The notes: a model not told the origin generated them from the sequence alone. A stretch of 64,000 nt of DNA from an uncultured Candidatus Poseidoniales archaeon (GCA_902605365.1 CACLCM010000006.1:7121-71120); one strand, 5' to 3'; shown: positions 36,468 to 46,994, counted from the first letter of the stretch. Translations and numbers: made by a program.

Positions 36468-38915
36468 TCACTTTCCTTGCTTAGCAAGCCACTCTGCGCC
36501 GTACCATTTCCATTGTTCCATAGTCCAACCTTCAGGAAGTCCTTCAGCAGGTAAAGGTGGCGCTTGTGGTGCTGCTTCCACAACTTGAGGCGCAGCAGGT
36601 TCAGGTGCCTCAACTGGGTCAGGAGCTGGTAAGCCTGCAAGTTCCTCAAGAGATGCTGATTCTTCCATTACTTCGGAACTATCTGTTGCTTCACCATCGC
36701 CTTTGATTTCAATATCATCAAAACCGCCGCCCAATTCATTACCGTCATCGCCAATAGCGATCGGCTCAACTTCATCATCCCAGAATTTGTTGGAATCAAC
36801 TCCTCCGACTGCAGACAATCCTGCTTTTCCTTCGAGAGCTTCAGCCTCTGCACTGTTCTCTTCTGGAATGAATGGCACCCCATATGTCTTCACTAATGCA
36901 CGGCGACGGCGAGAACGACCGATTGCAGCATAGATTAGTAATGCTGCTACAATCGCTGCGAAACCTGCACCTAAGAATGGTAAAATCTCTTTTGCTTTGG
37001 ATAGATATTGGTCACTAGTATCCTCTTCACTGGAAGACTCTAGAGATTTCTTCCAGTCATAATAATCCATAGGAGTTACTCCTTCTGAGTCTTTATCTGA
37101 AACATAATTTTGATAATCAGCATCTCTGATTCCGAGACACATCTCAGATTGGTCTGAAGTATCTAATGCACAGTGGTTTTCTCTGGTTTGAACCAATTTA
37201 TTGGAATCGTTGTAGTCTTGACTAGCCCCAACCTCATCACCGTCTGAATCGATGTAGTCACGGGCATCATTAGGTAGGTCATCTCCAAAGTCGTAGAACC
37301 CATCACCATCTGTATCTATACAACCAAACTTTTCTTGGACTGAATAAGTGAGAGTTAGTGTACCATCATTAGCAATTTCTGGTACATAGGTACTGGTTGA
37401 ATTGCCCCATTCATATGGGCAAGTGTCCGGGTCATTGCCAGACAAGTTGTCACCATAGCCATCTCCGTCTGTATCCATCCATTGTGATTTGTCATAAATT
37501 GCAGTATCTGCTCCATCAGCAATTGTCCAGTCCTCTGTCGGGTCTGAATAGCCATCGTTGTCAGAGTCCTTGCATCCAATTCGATCATTCACAGAGAATC
37601 CATTCTCTTGAGGGCAGGCATCTCCCATGTATCCTGATAATTCGTCGCCAAAGCCATCACCATCACTATCTGCCCACTGAGTAGATTCGTCAGGGTACCT
37701 GTCGCCGCCTTCAGCGTTCATATTGTCGCCATAGCCGTCGCCATCACTATCTGACCACTGCCCAGGGTTTTCAGGGAAAGCATCGGATTCGTTTCCATCG
37801 GGGTTATCTCCATAGCCATCTCCATCAGTATCTTCCCACTGTGAAAAATCGTCTGGGAAAGCATCGGAGTTGTTTCCATTACTATTGTCACCATAGCCAT
37901 CACTGTCAGTATCTTCGAATTGGCTTGAATCTAATGGGAAGGCGTCAATGGTGTCAGTTACACCATCTCCATCGGTATCTAAATCGTATAATCTAATCTT
38001 AGATGATGTTGAGAATGAAGAGATGATATGCAATTCTCCGCTATCGCTGAAAATACCCATCATGACTCTTCCTGCAGCATCAAATTCATTTTCTTCGGTG
38101 AATGTTGTTGAATTGATTACATGCAGTTTACCATTTTGTGTACCCACCAAAATTCTGCCATCTGTAGCGATTGTGATTGAGTAAATAGTGCCGCCACTAG
38201 AGATTGCTGTGGACTCCATTGTCCAATCTGTGAAATCATAACGGAATAAATCTCCATTAGAGCAGCCAACGATTATATTTCCATTACCGTCATTAATTAT
38301 TTTAGTTGGATAATATGAAAAGTCTGAAAGTGTATTTTCCAACAATCCTTGCTGAGAAGTGATTTTCACTAAGTTATCCCTGCCTCCAGTAACAATTCTG
38401 TTTTCAGAAATTATGGTCATCGCAGTCATTGCAGTATTGTGACTGGGAGTTGCTGCGCCCGTCCATTCAATCGCATCATACTCCATAGCTCTACGCTGCC
38501 CTCCAGAATGACCGAACCAAAGTTCGCCTTCGGTATCCCACAAGACATAGTCAACAGAACTGGAAACATTGTATGTATTTGTTACAATTCCTAATTCGGT
38601 GTTGTAGATGTAAACCCCTTCAGTGTGAGCAATTGCTATTTGCAGCCCCGTAGAGTCTGCAGTAGCTGAATTAGCACTTACGTTCAATTCAATGGACCAC
38701 TGAGTAATTAATTCACCATTAGCCCAAAAGTGTTCTGACAAATTACCAGTGGTAGTCAGCGTCAATAATGTAGATGAGGAGGAAAATGAGGTATGGATAA
38801 AACGGCCATCGATAGAATCGATTATACCCACATCAATCAGATTAGATTCCGCTTCTGCCGAGGGCATTGCTGGTATCATAAGTAATGCAAGGAGAACTGC
38901 AATTGCCTTCCTCAT
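36468..38915 (-). CDS. Membrane-anchored protein with a WD40-like propeller and thrombospondin type-3-like Ca-binding repeats
   Basis: Signal peptide; VTGGRDNLVKI; repeated QWxDxDGDGYGD and DAFP; TM followed by RRRR; acidic tail. Confidence 0.87.
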   Translation of the reverse strand: MRKAIAVLLALLMIPAMPSAEAESNLIDVGIIDSIDGRFIHTSFSSSSTLLTLTTTGNLSEHFWANGELITQWSIELNVSANSATADSTGLQIAIAHTEGVYIYNTELGIVTNTYNVSSSVDYVLWDTEGELWFGHSGGQRRAMEYDAIEWTGAATPSHNTAMTAMTIISENRIVTGGRDNLVKITSQQGLLENTLSDFSYYPTKIINDGNGNIIVGCSNGDLFRYDFTDWTMESTAISSGGTIYSITIATDGRILVGTQNGKLHVINSTTFTEENEFDAAGRVMMGIFSDSGELHIISSFSTSSKIRLYDLDTDGDGVTDTIDAFPLDSSQFEDTDSDGYGDNSNGNNSDAFPDDFSQWEDTDGDGYGDNPDGNESDAFPENPGQWSDSDGDGYGDNMNAEGGDRYPDESTQWADSDGDGFGDELSGYMGDACPQENGFSVNDRIGCKDSDNDGYSDPTEDWTIADGADTAIYDKSQWMDTDGDGYGDNLSGNDPDTCPYEWGNSTSTYVPEIANDGTLTLTYSVQEKFGCIDTDGDGFYDFGDDLPNDARDYIDSDGDEVGASQDYNDSNKLVQTRENHCALDTSDQSEMCLGIRDADYQNYVSDKDSEGVTPMDYYDWKKSLESSSEEDTSDQYLSKAKEILPFLGAGFAAIVAALLIYAAIGRSRRRRALVKTYGVPFIPEENSAEAEALEGKAGLSAVGGVDSNKFWDDEVEPIAIGDDGNELGGGFDDIEIKGDGEATDSSEVMEESASLEELAGLPAPDPVEAPEPAAPQVVEAAPQAPPLPAEGLPEGWTMEQWKWYGAEWLAKQGK

Positions 38916-38973
38916 GGTTTACGCCAAGAGCCGATAACCTATGAATGGCACGGAGTTAAGCGTTTGTAGTAAA

Positions 38974-41589
38974 TCACTCATCTTCGGTCTTTGATGAGAT
39001 ATTTAATGTGGTATTAGGAGATTCAACTGGGTTCAACTTTTTCACTGGTTTTAGGACAGCAGTAGCCACTTCACTAGTGGTTTCTCCAGGCTTCATTCCA
39101 GGTAGAGAAGAAGGTGGAGCACCCCTGCGCTTTACTGGATTAAGCACCTTGGTTGTAATTGGCTTGAGTGTAGCAACTTTAGGTTCGGATACTACTTGTA
39201 GAACCTTTAGAGGAGTCAACTTTGCTGTTGGCTGAGTTTCAGCCATCTCATCTGTCATTGCTTCATCTAGGGCCTCTTCAAGAATCTCGTCAATCGATTC
39301 CAGATCTTCTTCTATGCTTGGAGAAATACCCTCATCCTGCGGGTCTTGAGTAAGTTCTAATTCGGAAACTGGCTCTAACTCTGTAGTCGCAACTTCGGGG
39401 GTTTCTTCTAATGCGACTCCTTGTATCTCTAACTTAGGCGTCTCAACAATTGGTTGTGGAATTTCCTCGACTACTGGCTGTAGTATCTCAGGAGATTGAA
39501 CAACAGGCTCTATTGGCTTACGCACAACCTTTGGCATAATTGGTTGAGGCAAATTCGCTGCACGAGCAGGTAAATTCATTCCACCGATTGGAGCCTTTAC
39601 TGGCCTAGCCATTGGTTGAGCGCCACTAAGTGATTTAGCTGTTGAACGAGGAGCTCTCATTCCGGCTAATCCCATAGAAGGCATGTGCTGTGCTGCTGCT
39701 TGAGCCATTGCACCACGCATTGGTCTACCGGCATTGGAACCAATTGGTGTAGGTCTTGCTCCCAATGCACTAGGGTCAATTCCCATCTGAGGTTGTCCTG
39801 CTTTAGTTCCTTCACCAGATATTGCTTGTAACCAAGATTGGCGTTTCTCTGCACGGCTATCCTGTGACTTTAGAGTATCAAACTCTGATTGTTGTTCTGC
39901 TAGACGGTTTTCATCAGCATCAATTTCACTCTGAACCTTTCCTTCAATAGATTCTCTCATCTTGACTTCAGCCATAGAGCGGAAGTCATCCATCTGCTGA
40001 GTTAGTGTGGAGAGTCTGTCTCTTATTTCTGCACGCTTGACACCGAGTTGCGCCTCGATTTCAGCACGTATATTTGCTTCACGCTTTCTGACTTCGATCA
40101 GTGCCTTGTTACGCATTATTTCTTCGCGCTTATCCAGTTGCCTCTCTAATTGAGTTGCAACCTCATCTTCCTTACGAGTTCTAAACTCGGAAAGTCGCTC
40201 TTCCATTTCGGCTTCTAACTCGAGAACGGTTTCTTCTTTGAGAAGGTCCAAATCAGTTTCATGAGTAATTCTTTCATTCCTCAGGCGTCCATCGATTTCG
40301 GACATTATTGCCTTACGAGCTGCTGCCTCTCTAGCATTGAATTCTAATTCTAAACGCTCAGACCAATCGGTCTTCTTTGCATCAAACTTATCCGATAATT
40401 GGTCATGTAATTCTGCCTCTCTTTCATATCTGAAACGAGCAAGTCGGTTTTGAATCTCTGCCTCTCTAGCATTACGATAGGATGCAAACTCTTGATCCAT
40501 TCTAGCTTCTAGTTCTGATTCAATCTCTCCTTCCAATGAACGTGAAATATCGTCAACTGCCTTTGAGAATGTTAAATCGTACTTTTCACGGAGTCTACTC
40601 TTACGAGATGATAATTTCTCTGTGTGCTTGGATTCTAACTGCCTCTCGACCTCGACACGTAATTCTTCTCTACGCCTAGCGACTGCAAGTTCTACATCTT
40701 GGCGCATTCTCTCTTCCAATTCCTTGGTTTCGGAACTGAGCTTAGATTCCAATTCATCTTGAATAGATGCTGCAATATCCTCTTCTAATCGCAAACTACG
40801 ACGCTCATATTCTGCACGCATAGTTGCCTCTCTTTGCTGAAGGCGGAGTTTGAGTTGCTGCTCAAGGCGAGTTCGAATTCCTCGACGAAGCGCTTCTTCT
40901 CTTTCAGAGAGTTTCTGAGATTGAGTTTCTTCTAATCTTTCGATTTCTTTGGATTCCATTTCTTCGAAACGGCTTTCCATTTCACTTTGAATGGTTGATT
41001 CTAAATCACGAATTTTCCTCTGTAGTGCTTGGTTGAAATCAATTTCTAGCCTCTCACGTTGGAAAGAGAGGCGGCGGCGATGCTCTTCAGAAAGTTGGCT
41101 TTCTAATTGAGTAATAACTACAGTTCTGTGCTCCTCAATCTTCCTTTCTTGCTCGACCTCTAAGGATTCTTTCAAAGTCTGAACTTCTCTTTCAAGACGC
41201 ATTTCATGCATCTCTCGAAGACGGATTTCCTCCCTGGTAAGAGTTTCAGATTCTAACAGAGACAGTTCTTCTTCCATCTCACTGCGTAAATCGCTTTCAA
41301 ACGCACTGAGAGTCATTTCATGCTGACGTGAAATATCTGTTGCCATATTATCTTGCATCAAAGAGATTCTTTCAGCCAATGCTTCTCGACGTAATTTGTT
41401 ATCACGTCGAAGTTGTGCTCGAATTTTCTCTTCTTCACGGAATCTAGAGCTTTGCATCAACGTCTGGTCCAATGATGGGGAAGGAGTAGAAGTGAATTGG
41501 GCTCGCAGAGAAGATAGATCAGTATGGCCTGTTCTGCCACCTTTTCTATGCCTCGTACCTGTTCCTGACTTGCTTTCGCTAACACTCAT
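38974..41589 (-). CDS. Long E/R/L-rich coiled-coil protein with disordered head and tail
   Basis: About 540 aa proline-free charged helical rod flanked by low-complexity segments; no TM helix or ATPase motif. Confidence 0.8.
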   Translation of the reverse strand: MSVSESKSGTGTRHRKGGRTGHTDLSSLRAQFTSTPSPSLDQTLMQSSRFREEEKIRAQLRRDNKLRREALAERISLMQDNMATDISRQHEMTLSAFESDLRSEMEEELSLLESETLTREEIRLREMHEMRLEREVQTLKESLEVEQERKIEEHRTVVITQLESQLSEEHRRRLSFQRERLEIDFNQALQRKIRDLESTIQSEMESRFEEMESKEIERLEETQSQKLSEREEALRRGIRTRLEQQLKLRLQQREATMRAEYERRSLRLEEDIAASIQDELESKLSSETKELEERMRQDVELAVARRREELRVEVERQLESKHTEKLSSRKSRLREKYDLTFSKAVDDISRSLEGEIESELEARMDQEFASYRNAREAEIQNRLARFRYEREAELHDQLSDKFDAKKTDWSERLELEFNAREAAARKAIMSEIDGRLRNERITHETDLDLLKEETVLELEAEMEERLSEFRTRKEDEVATQLERQLDKREEIMRNKALIEVRKREANIRAEIEAQLGVKRAEIRDRLSTLTQQMDDFRSMAEVKMRESIEGKVQSEIDADENRLAEQQSEFDTLKSQDSRAEKRQSWLQAISGEGTKAGQPQMGIDPSALGARPTPIGSNAGRPMRGAMAQAAAQHMPSMGLAGMRAPRSTAKSLSGAQPMARPVKAPIGGMNLPARAANLPQPIMPKVVRKPIEPVVQSPEILQPVVEEIPQPIVETPKLEIQGVALEETPEVATTELEPVSELELTQDPQDEGISPSIEEDLESIDEILEEALDEAMTDEMAETQPTAKLTPLKVLQVVSEPKVATLKPITTKVLNPVKRRGAPPSSLPGMKPGETTSEVATAVLKPVKKLNPVESPNTTLNISSKTEDE

Positions 41590-41690
41590 AGGATCCCCAT
41601 CCAGTTACGGATGCCGTTCTCATGATAGATAAGGTGCGCGATAGTGAACCCTTCTCGCGAGGCGATTTATCCGACTAAAGATGAGCGCCA

Positions 41691-42578
41691 TTATTCACTT
41701 TCTAACAGGGGTTGGTTTTCTTCGACCAATCGTGGTCCTCCGATAATGTAGAACATGGTCCAAAATAACGAGAATGTGAATAAGAACATCGTGAATGCTG
41801 TACCTGACAAATTCTCGCCTGCATCTGATGAATCGGTTAGAGTCATTGCATGAATTACAGCGAATAATAAAGCGGCAAATTGTAGTGTTGAAAGTCTTAA
41901 TTGAATACCAGATTTCAACTTGGACATTTTCCTGTCAGAGATCATTAATCCCCCACAAATAAACAACAATGGCAAGATTATGAAATCAAAGAATGGTTTT
42001 ACTTCCCCTACCCCCCAGCAATATGAGCAATCCCACGCTGTTAGTTCAGGACCATATCCAGATGAAGGTTGTAGCCAAATCAATCCTGCTGCTGAAAGTA
42101 ATACCAACGCACTAGCAGGAGATGATAGGCCGTGGAAATATGGAACATAGCCTCCCTCTTCATGTTGAAACCTTGCTAATCTCAACATTCCGCAAGCAAT
42201 CATCCAGAAACAGGCGATTGCTAAAGATGTGGTCCACAATGGCGATGCTTCACCCATTCGGCCAAACATAGTGAATATAATCAATGCAGGTGCAACACAA
42301 AATGAAATACAATCTGACATAATATCAAGAGAACCACCTAGAATTTGGCGTTTTGAATATCTTCGAGCGATTGGCCCATCAATAATATCACCTAAAGCTG
42401 AAAGTAAAACACACAACATTGCCGCCCAAATATAATCGGTCAATAATCCGCCTTCGTAATACGGCGATTCCATATCTTCAACAGATAATATGACGAAAAC
42501 TATTGCCATGACACCCAATAGTCCATTGACAATAGTAATGTAATCAGCGATACCCATCAACCTGAATGTCGTTTTCAT
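41691..42578 (-). CDS. CDP-alcohol phosphatidyltransferase (archaetidylserine synthase-like)
   Basis: DIIDGPIAR...GGSLDIMSD, FCVAPA and LRLARF motifs. Confidence 0.88.
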   Translation of the reverse strand: MKTTFRLMGIADYITIVNGLLGVMAIVFVILSVEDMESPYYEGGLLTDYIWAAMLCVLLSALGDIIDGPIARRYSKRQILGGSLDIMSDCISFCVAPALIIFTMFGRMGEASPLWTTSLAIACFWMIACGMLRLARFQHEEGGYVPYFHGLSSPASALVLLSAAGLIWLQPSSGYGPELTAWDCSYCWGVGEVKPFFDFIILPLLFICGGLMISDRKMSKLKSGIQLRLSTLQFAALLFAVIHAMTLTDSSDAGENLSGTAFTMFLFTFSLFWTMFYIIGGPRLVEENQPLLESE

Positions 42579-42587
42579 CGCTAATCC

Positions 42588-42986
42588 TCAGAATTTAATT
42601 TTGAATTCGGCATCACAGGCCGGGCAAGAAATATCTCGCTCTCCTGGCCTTTTGTTCATGCGAAGTACGCGATCGCACTTTGGACATGCAACCTCAATTT
42701 TCGGACGATGGGGTTTGAGAACGAAATGTGAACCACAGGATGAGCATTGAAGATTTGCTGGCCTTTTGTCAACTCCACAAACTAAGACTTTAGAGCATTC
42801 AGGACAACTGACTTTCTCTTCTCTCCATTTACGCCTAGTACCCTCATGTTCAACATTCACTTCGGCGTCACACATGACACATTTGATGACGCCAAGGCCA
42901 CTTGGCAGAAGGTGGTTGCAACGTGGGCAAGTCAAATCCGGTGGTGAAATCCTTGACTCAACACCTGGTGTTTCTTCATCCGACAT
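42588..42986 (-). CDS. Triple zinc-ribbon protein
   Basis: Six CxxC pairs (CPRC, CVMC, CPEC, CSSC, CPKC, CPAC); start taken at MSDEETP. Confidence 0.8.
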   Translation of the reverse strand: MSDEETPGVESRISPPDLTCPRCNHLLPSGLGVIKCVMCDAEVNVEHEGTRRKWREEKVSCPECSKVLVCGVDKRPANLQCSSCGSHFVLKPHRPKIEVACPKCDRVLRMNKRPGERDISCPACDAEFKIKF

Positions 42987-43027
42987 AATCAGTACCAACC
43001 TGTTTTCATTATTGACCGCTTCACCAA

Positions 43028-43447
43028 TCAATTCTTTCTTCCTGTAATTTCAAGACTCTCAAGAGTTGCTGAATCTAATTCGAGTGTGTTGCCAGACATC
43101 TGAGCCAACTCACGAAGCATGTTCCTAGCTGCTGCCTGAACCCTTGGATTTGTTAGGTCGATTGAACCTAACGAGTTGTCTGACGAAGTTGCGCTTCCAT
43201 CACTTGGCAATGGCACTCTATCCATTACACACCACCAACGAGTACGTCCCTCGTCCCTGTGATTCATAACCAATCCAAGAGACTCAAGTTTTCTTAGATG
43301 GTGATAAAGATTGTAGCGGTCAACAGCAACCAATTTCTGAAGTTGTACTGTAGTGAATTCGTCTGCGTCTAAAAGGGCAACATAAAGGGCGCGGCGAGTA
43401 GGATGCATCAAAGAAGTACTGACCGGGTCTGCATGAATTCTAGCCAT
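43028..43447 (-). CDS. ArsR-like winged-helix transcriptional regulator
   Basis: LMHPTRRAL...LYHHLRKLESLGLV motif. Confidence 0.82.
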   Translation of the reverse strand: MARIHADPVSTSLMHPTRRALYVALLDADEFTTVQLQKLVAVDRYNLYHHLRKLESLGLVMNHRDEGRTRWWCVMDRVPLPSDGSATSSDNSLGSIDLTNPRVQAAARNMLRELAQMSGNTLELDSATLESLEITGRKN

Positions 43448-43511
43448 CTCTATCCTACCGTTGATTAGGCCTTAGCGCCTATGAGGCTTGAAGGTAGCGT
43501 TTGTTTTACTA

Positions 43512-46106
43512 TCAAAACGGGGTCAATAATGACCTATACGCGTTAATGGTACCTGTCCAAATCGACTTTCCAATATCGGCAATCAGTACAAGAGTTCCTC
43601 CAGTTCCCGACAGTCTTGCTCCATTGATTATTACACCGATTACACTCAACTCATGAACGAGAACGCCGAAGGCTAGATTATCATTTATTCCAGACAACAC
43701 TGCATACACGAGCAGCATCGTTACCAGAACAGAATATACGATATTAGAAATTAAAACTGAATGAGTTCGCTTTGCTAGAGAAAGAAGGTCTGATATCAGA
43801 CGAGGGTCATCACCCGGAATCAAAACATCTGCTGCATCTAAATTAGCAGACTCTCCTGTTCCGATTGCAATACCGATATCAGCAGCAGCCATTGCTGCAG
43901 CGTCATTGAACCCATCACCAACCATCATTGTGATATGGGTTTTTGAACGGTCTTGGACCCATTTGACTTTTCCTTCAGGAGTCATTTCTCCGCGGGCTGC
44001 AGATTCTGGAACACCGATACTCTTGGCCAATGCATTTACTGCATCTTGGTTATCTCCAGACAATATCTCAACATTAACTCCTTGAGAATATAATGTCTTT
44101 ACCAATTCATCTGTACCCTCTCTTAGATCATCATGTATGAAGGTAAATAGAGCCACAGGTTTGTCCTCTTTGAGAAGAAGACTTGCTCCATGTCCCGCAC
44201 TTAGTGCTTCATTTAATGCTTTGAGAAGTTTACCTGAAACCAATGATTTGTCGGCCCTAATGAATGATACATTAGAATCTTTGATTTGGCCATGGACTCC
44301 ATTTTCTTTGTCAGAAATATTTTCGACTTCTGTGGGGTGGATTTCTTCTTTTTCTGCTAAAGCGATTATTGCTTGAGCATATGGATGATTTGAAGATGCT
44401 TCTAATCCAACCGCTAGAGCAATCGCTGCTTCTTTCCTGCGACCACGAGCAAGAGTGATTTCACCAATCCTTGGTTTTCCTGATGTAAGTGTTCCCGTCT
44501 TATCCAACAACACTAAGTTGACTTTCGATAATCCCTCAAGAACATCTCCGCCTCGAGCAATTGCCCCCGATTTTGCCGCTTTTGAAATGCTAGCAGCATG
44601 AGGTACAGGAGATGCTAGGAGAAGGGCGCAAGGACAAGCAACCACCCATAGTAAGAGGATTATCTTCCAATCCTGATTTGGCTGTACTGCCCAAGCCAAA
44701 ACTGCTCCAATCAATACTACAGGAACCCAAATTGCTGTGAAATTTTCCAATGCCCCTTGCAGTCTAGTAGGCTTTTCTTTGAATAAATGGACCTTGTCAA
44801 TCAGTTCAGAAAGTCTAGTGTCTTCTCCTACAGCAGTCACTTCGATTGTAACAGGTCCGCGTGCTAATGTCAATCCAGCCTGAAGTTCGTCTCCACTCGA
44901 TACGTCTTCAGGAACCGATTCTCCAGTAAGTGGAGCGCGATTTATTGAACCGGTACCTGAAACTATTATTCCATCAGCTGGAATCAATTCTCCACTTCGA
45001 ATTTCTAAATGGTCACCCTCCATTACTAATCCAATAGGAATCTCTTCAATTTCTTTGTTGGGTAATGCAGCAGGTGCAGATAATACTGGGCCTGATACGA
45101 TTGAAAAGTTGCTGAAGTTTTTCTGAGGAAGACGTCTTGCTTTTCGAGGAAGTCTGTCTAGACCACCTTGCATAGCCTCTCTCGCTTTGATTAGAGCCTC
45201 CCCCTCCATATGTTCAGTCCAAGATACTAGAATAATTACCATCAGTGCTTCTTCCCAAGCTTGTAGAACTGATGCTCCAATTACGGCCAAAGAAGTGAGA
45301 ACTTGGAATCCTAATTGGCGGTTTTGAATCGATGCCCATGCTTTGGTAAACATTGTGTAACCACCAAATATTACTCCTAAAAGACCAAATGAACCAATCA
45401 CCCATGGATTATCAGTGATAAAATCGCAGATAAATACCAACATGAGCATTACAAATGCCAATCCTGAACCGATCATCCTCCATTCACCAGAAGTTAATCT
45501 CTTAATTGAGGTCGTTACCAAACGATAATCTGCCCCTATTACATTACGAATTGATGATTCCATGGCCTTTTGTAATTCACTGGACAAATTTGGAACGACT
45601 TGAATAATAATATATCCTTCTTTTTCAATTTCACAATTTAGAACTCCAGGTTGGCGACGGAAAATACGAGGGAGATTCTTGACTGAGGTCGAATGTCTAG
45701 CAGCGACATCACTTGCTTTGACACCTTCGATTTCCATGAACGGAATATCTGGCCCGTTTCCAAGGGAACTCAAAATAGCGGACGCTTGCGAAATGTTTCC
45801 TTTCTCAAAATCGATATCAATTGTTACTGTTCCTTCTGTTGCACTTACAAGCGAAGTATTCACTAGATCTAAACGATTTAGAGCATCCATTGCTACTGAT
45901 GCGCAATGAGGACAATCCATGTCTTGAATAGGCCAACATATAGTGTGGGTGCCACTATAATCACCAATAACTTCCATATCGATTACTTCGGCGTCGATTG
46001 CTTCTGATGAAACAGAGGAGGAACTACGAGTTTGCCGAGGCACCTCTGGTGTTGGTGCATCATCCCCTTCTTCTAGGGACAAAAAGTCTTCAGAGTCTCC
46101 CAGCAC
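43512..46106 (-). CDS. Heavy-metal-translocating P1B-type ATPase
   Basis: HMA motif MDCPHC, TGES, TM CPC, DKTGTLT, SNHP and GDGFNDA. Confidence 0.94.
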   Translation of the reverse strand: MLGDSEDFLSLEEGDDAPTPEVPRQTRSSSSVSSEAIDAEVIDMEVIGDYSGTHTICWPIQDMDCPHCASVAMDALNRLDLVNTSLVSATEGTVTIDIDFEKGNISQASAILSSLGNGPDIPFMEIEGVKASDVAARHSTSVKNLPRIFRRQPGVLNCEIEKEGYIIIQVVPNLSSELQKAMESSIRNVIGADYRLVTTSIKRLTSGEWRMIGSGLAFVMLMLVFICDFITDNPWVIGSFGLLGVIFGGYTMFTKAWASIQNRQLGFQVLTSLAVIGASVLQAWEEALMVIILVSWTEHMEGEALIKAREAMQGGLDRLPRKARRLPQKNFSNFSIVSGPVLSAPAALPNKEIEEIPIGLVMEGDHLEIRSGELIPADGIIVSGTGSINRAPLTGESVPEDVSSGDELQAGLTLARGPVTIEVTAVGEDTRLSELIDKVHLFKEKPTRLQGALENFTAIWVPVVLIGAVLAWAVQPNQDWKIILLLWVVACPCALLLASPVPHAASISKAAKSGAIARGGDVLEGLSKVNLVLLDKTGTLTSGKPRIGEITLARGRRKEAAIALAVGLEASSNHPYAQAIIALAEKEEIHPTEVENISDKENGVHGQIKDSNVSFIRADKSLVSGKLLKALNEALSAGHGASLLLKEDKPVALFTFIHDDLREGTDELVKTLYSQGVNVEILSGDNQDAVNALAKSIGVPESAARGEMTPEGKVKWVQDRSKTHITMMVGDGFNDAAAMAAADIGIAIGTGESANLDAADVLIPGDDPRLISDLLSLAKRTHSVLISNIVYSVLVTMLLVYAVLSGINDNLAFGVLVHELSVIGVIINGARLSGTGGTLVLIADIGKSIWTGTINAYRSLLTPF

Positions 46107-46181
46107 AAACTAAGGCACTCATTCATCGGTCATGAAGGCTCGTATAGTAAGCGTATTGAATAACACCATCAAGGGGATATT

Positions 46182-46907
46182 ATGCAGTGGTTACCACAAG
46201 GATGGATTCCGAAAGCGATTGCTGTCGATATCGACGGAACTCTTACAGATTCCAACAAGGAGATCTATCTAGAAGCAATCGAAGCATTGCGACGCTTAGA
46301 AGCCGCTGGTATTCCAATCATCTTAGCAACAGGAAATGTTCGAGCAATAACATATGGATTATGGAGGTTCATTGGTGCAACAGGCCCTATGGTGTGTGAA
46401 AATGGAGGCGTAGTTTGGCACCCAGACTGGGATGAACCAATCGTACGTGCAGATGGTTCTAGGGCTCGTAAAGCAGGTCAGATGTTAGAGGATAAATTAG
46501 GTATTGATTCGAGAGGGATTACAACAAATGCTTGGAGAGAGTCAGAATGGTGCCTATTCCCTGATGAAAATTTAGAAGATGTAGCCGAATTGATTTCCAA
46601 GAGTGAATTTTCAGATTTGTCTGTGGTTAAAACTGGTTTTGCGATTCACTTAATGGAACCTCATTTATCCAAGGGTGAAGGTTTGTCAATAGCTCTCGAA
46701 AAAATGAACCTTGACCCGAGTGAAATCTTAGCAATTGGGGATGCGCCAAATGATATTTCAATGTTCAAACTAGTTGGGCATAGCGTCGCAGTAGGCGGAT
46801 GCTTTGAAGAATTAGCCGCTGTTTCAAAGGTTATTTCACCACATCCGCACGGTGAAACATTTCCACCTTTGGTAGATGCAATTCTAGGTGAAACTAACGA
46901 TAAATAG
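46182..46907 (+). CDS. HAD-superfamily phosphoglycolate phosphatase (archaeal SPP-like)
   Basis: DIDGTLT, LATGN, ENGG, SKG and GDAPND motifs. Confidence 0.9.
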   Translation: MQWLPQGWIPKAIAVDIDGTLTDSNKEIYLEAIEALRRLEAAGIPIILATGNVRAITYGLWRFIGATGPMVCENGGVVWHPDWDEPIVRADGSRARKAGQMLEDKLGIDSRGITTNAWRESEWCLFPDENLEDVAELISKSEFSDLSVVKTGFAIHLMEPHLSKGEGLSIALEKMNLDPSEILAIGDAPNDISMFKLVGHSVAVGGCFEELAAVSKVISPHPHGETFPPLVDAILGETNDK

Positions 46908-46912
46908 TTAGA

Positions 46913-46994
46913 TGCCGGAGGTAGGATTTGAACCTACGAAGCATTTCGCAGCGCATCTTGAGTGCGCCCCCTTTGACCACTCGGGTACTCCGGC
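46913..46994 (-). tRNA. tRNA-Leu (CAA), CCA not encoded
   Basis: Reverse complement GCCGGAG...GCGCA-CTCAAGA-TGCGC, long variable arm, GTTCAAATC and CTCCGGC-A. Confidence 0.95.

Noticed and set aside
37230..37990. Regularly spaced CCATAGCC/CCATC repeats as a CRISPR array
   Set aside because: They are degenerate codon-level repeats of DGDGYGD motifs inside a CDS, and no cas genes are present.
38974..41589. SMC/Rad50 ATPase
   Set aside because: No Walker A/B, signature motif, hinge or zinc hook.
46913..46994. tRNA genes (this one and 29295-29371) as integration sites
   Set aside because: I saw no duplicated tRNA 3' end and no integrase in the window.
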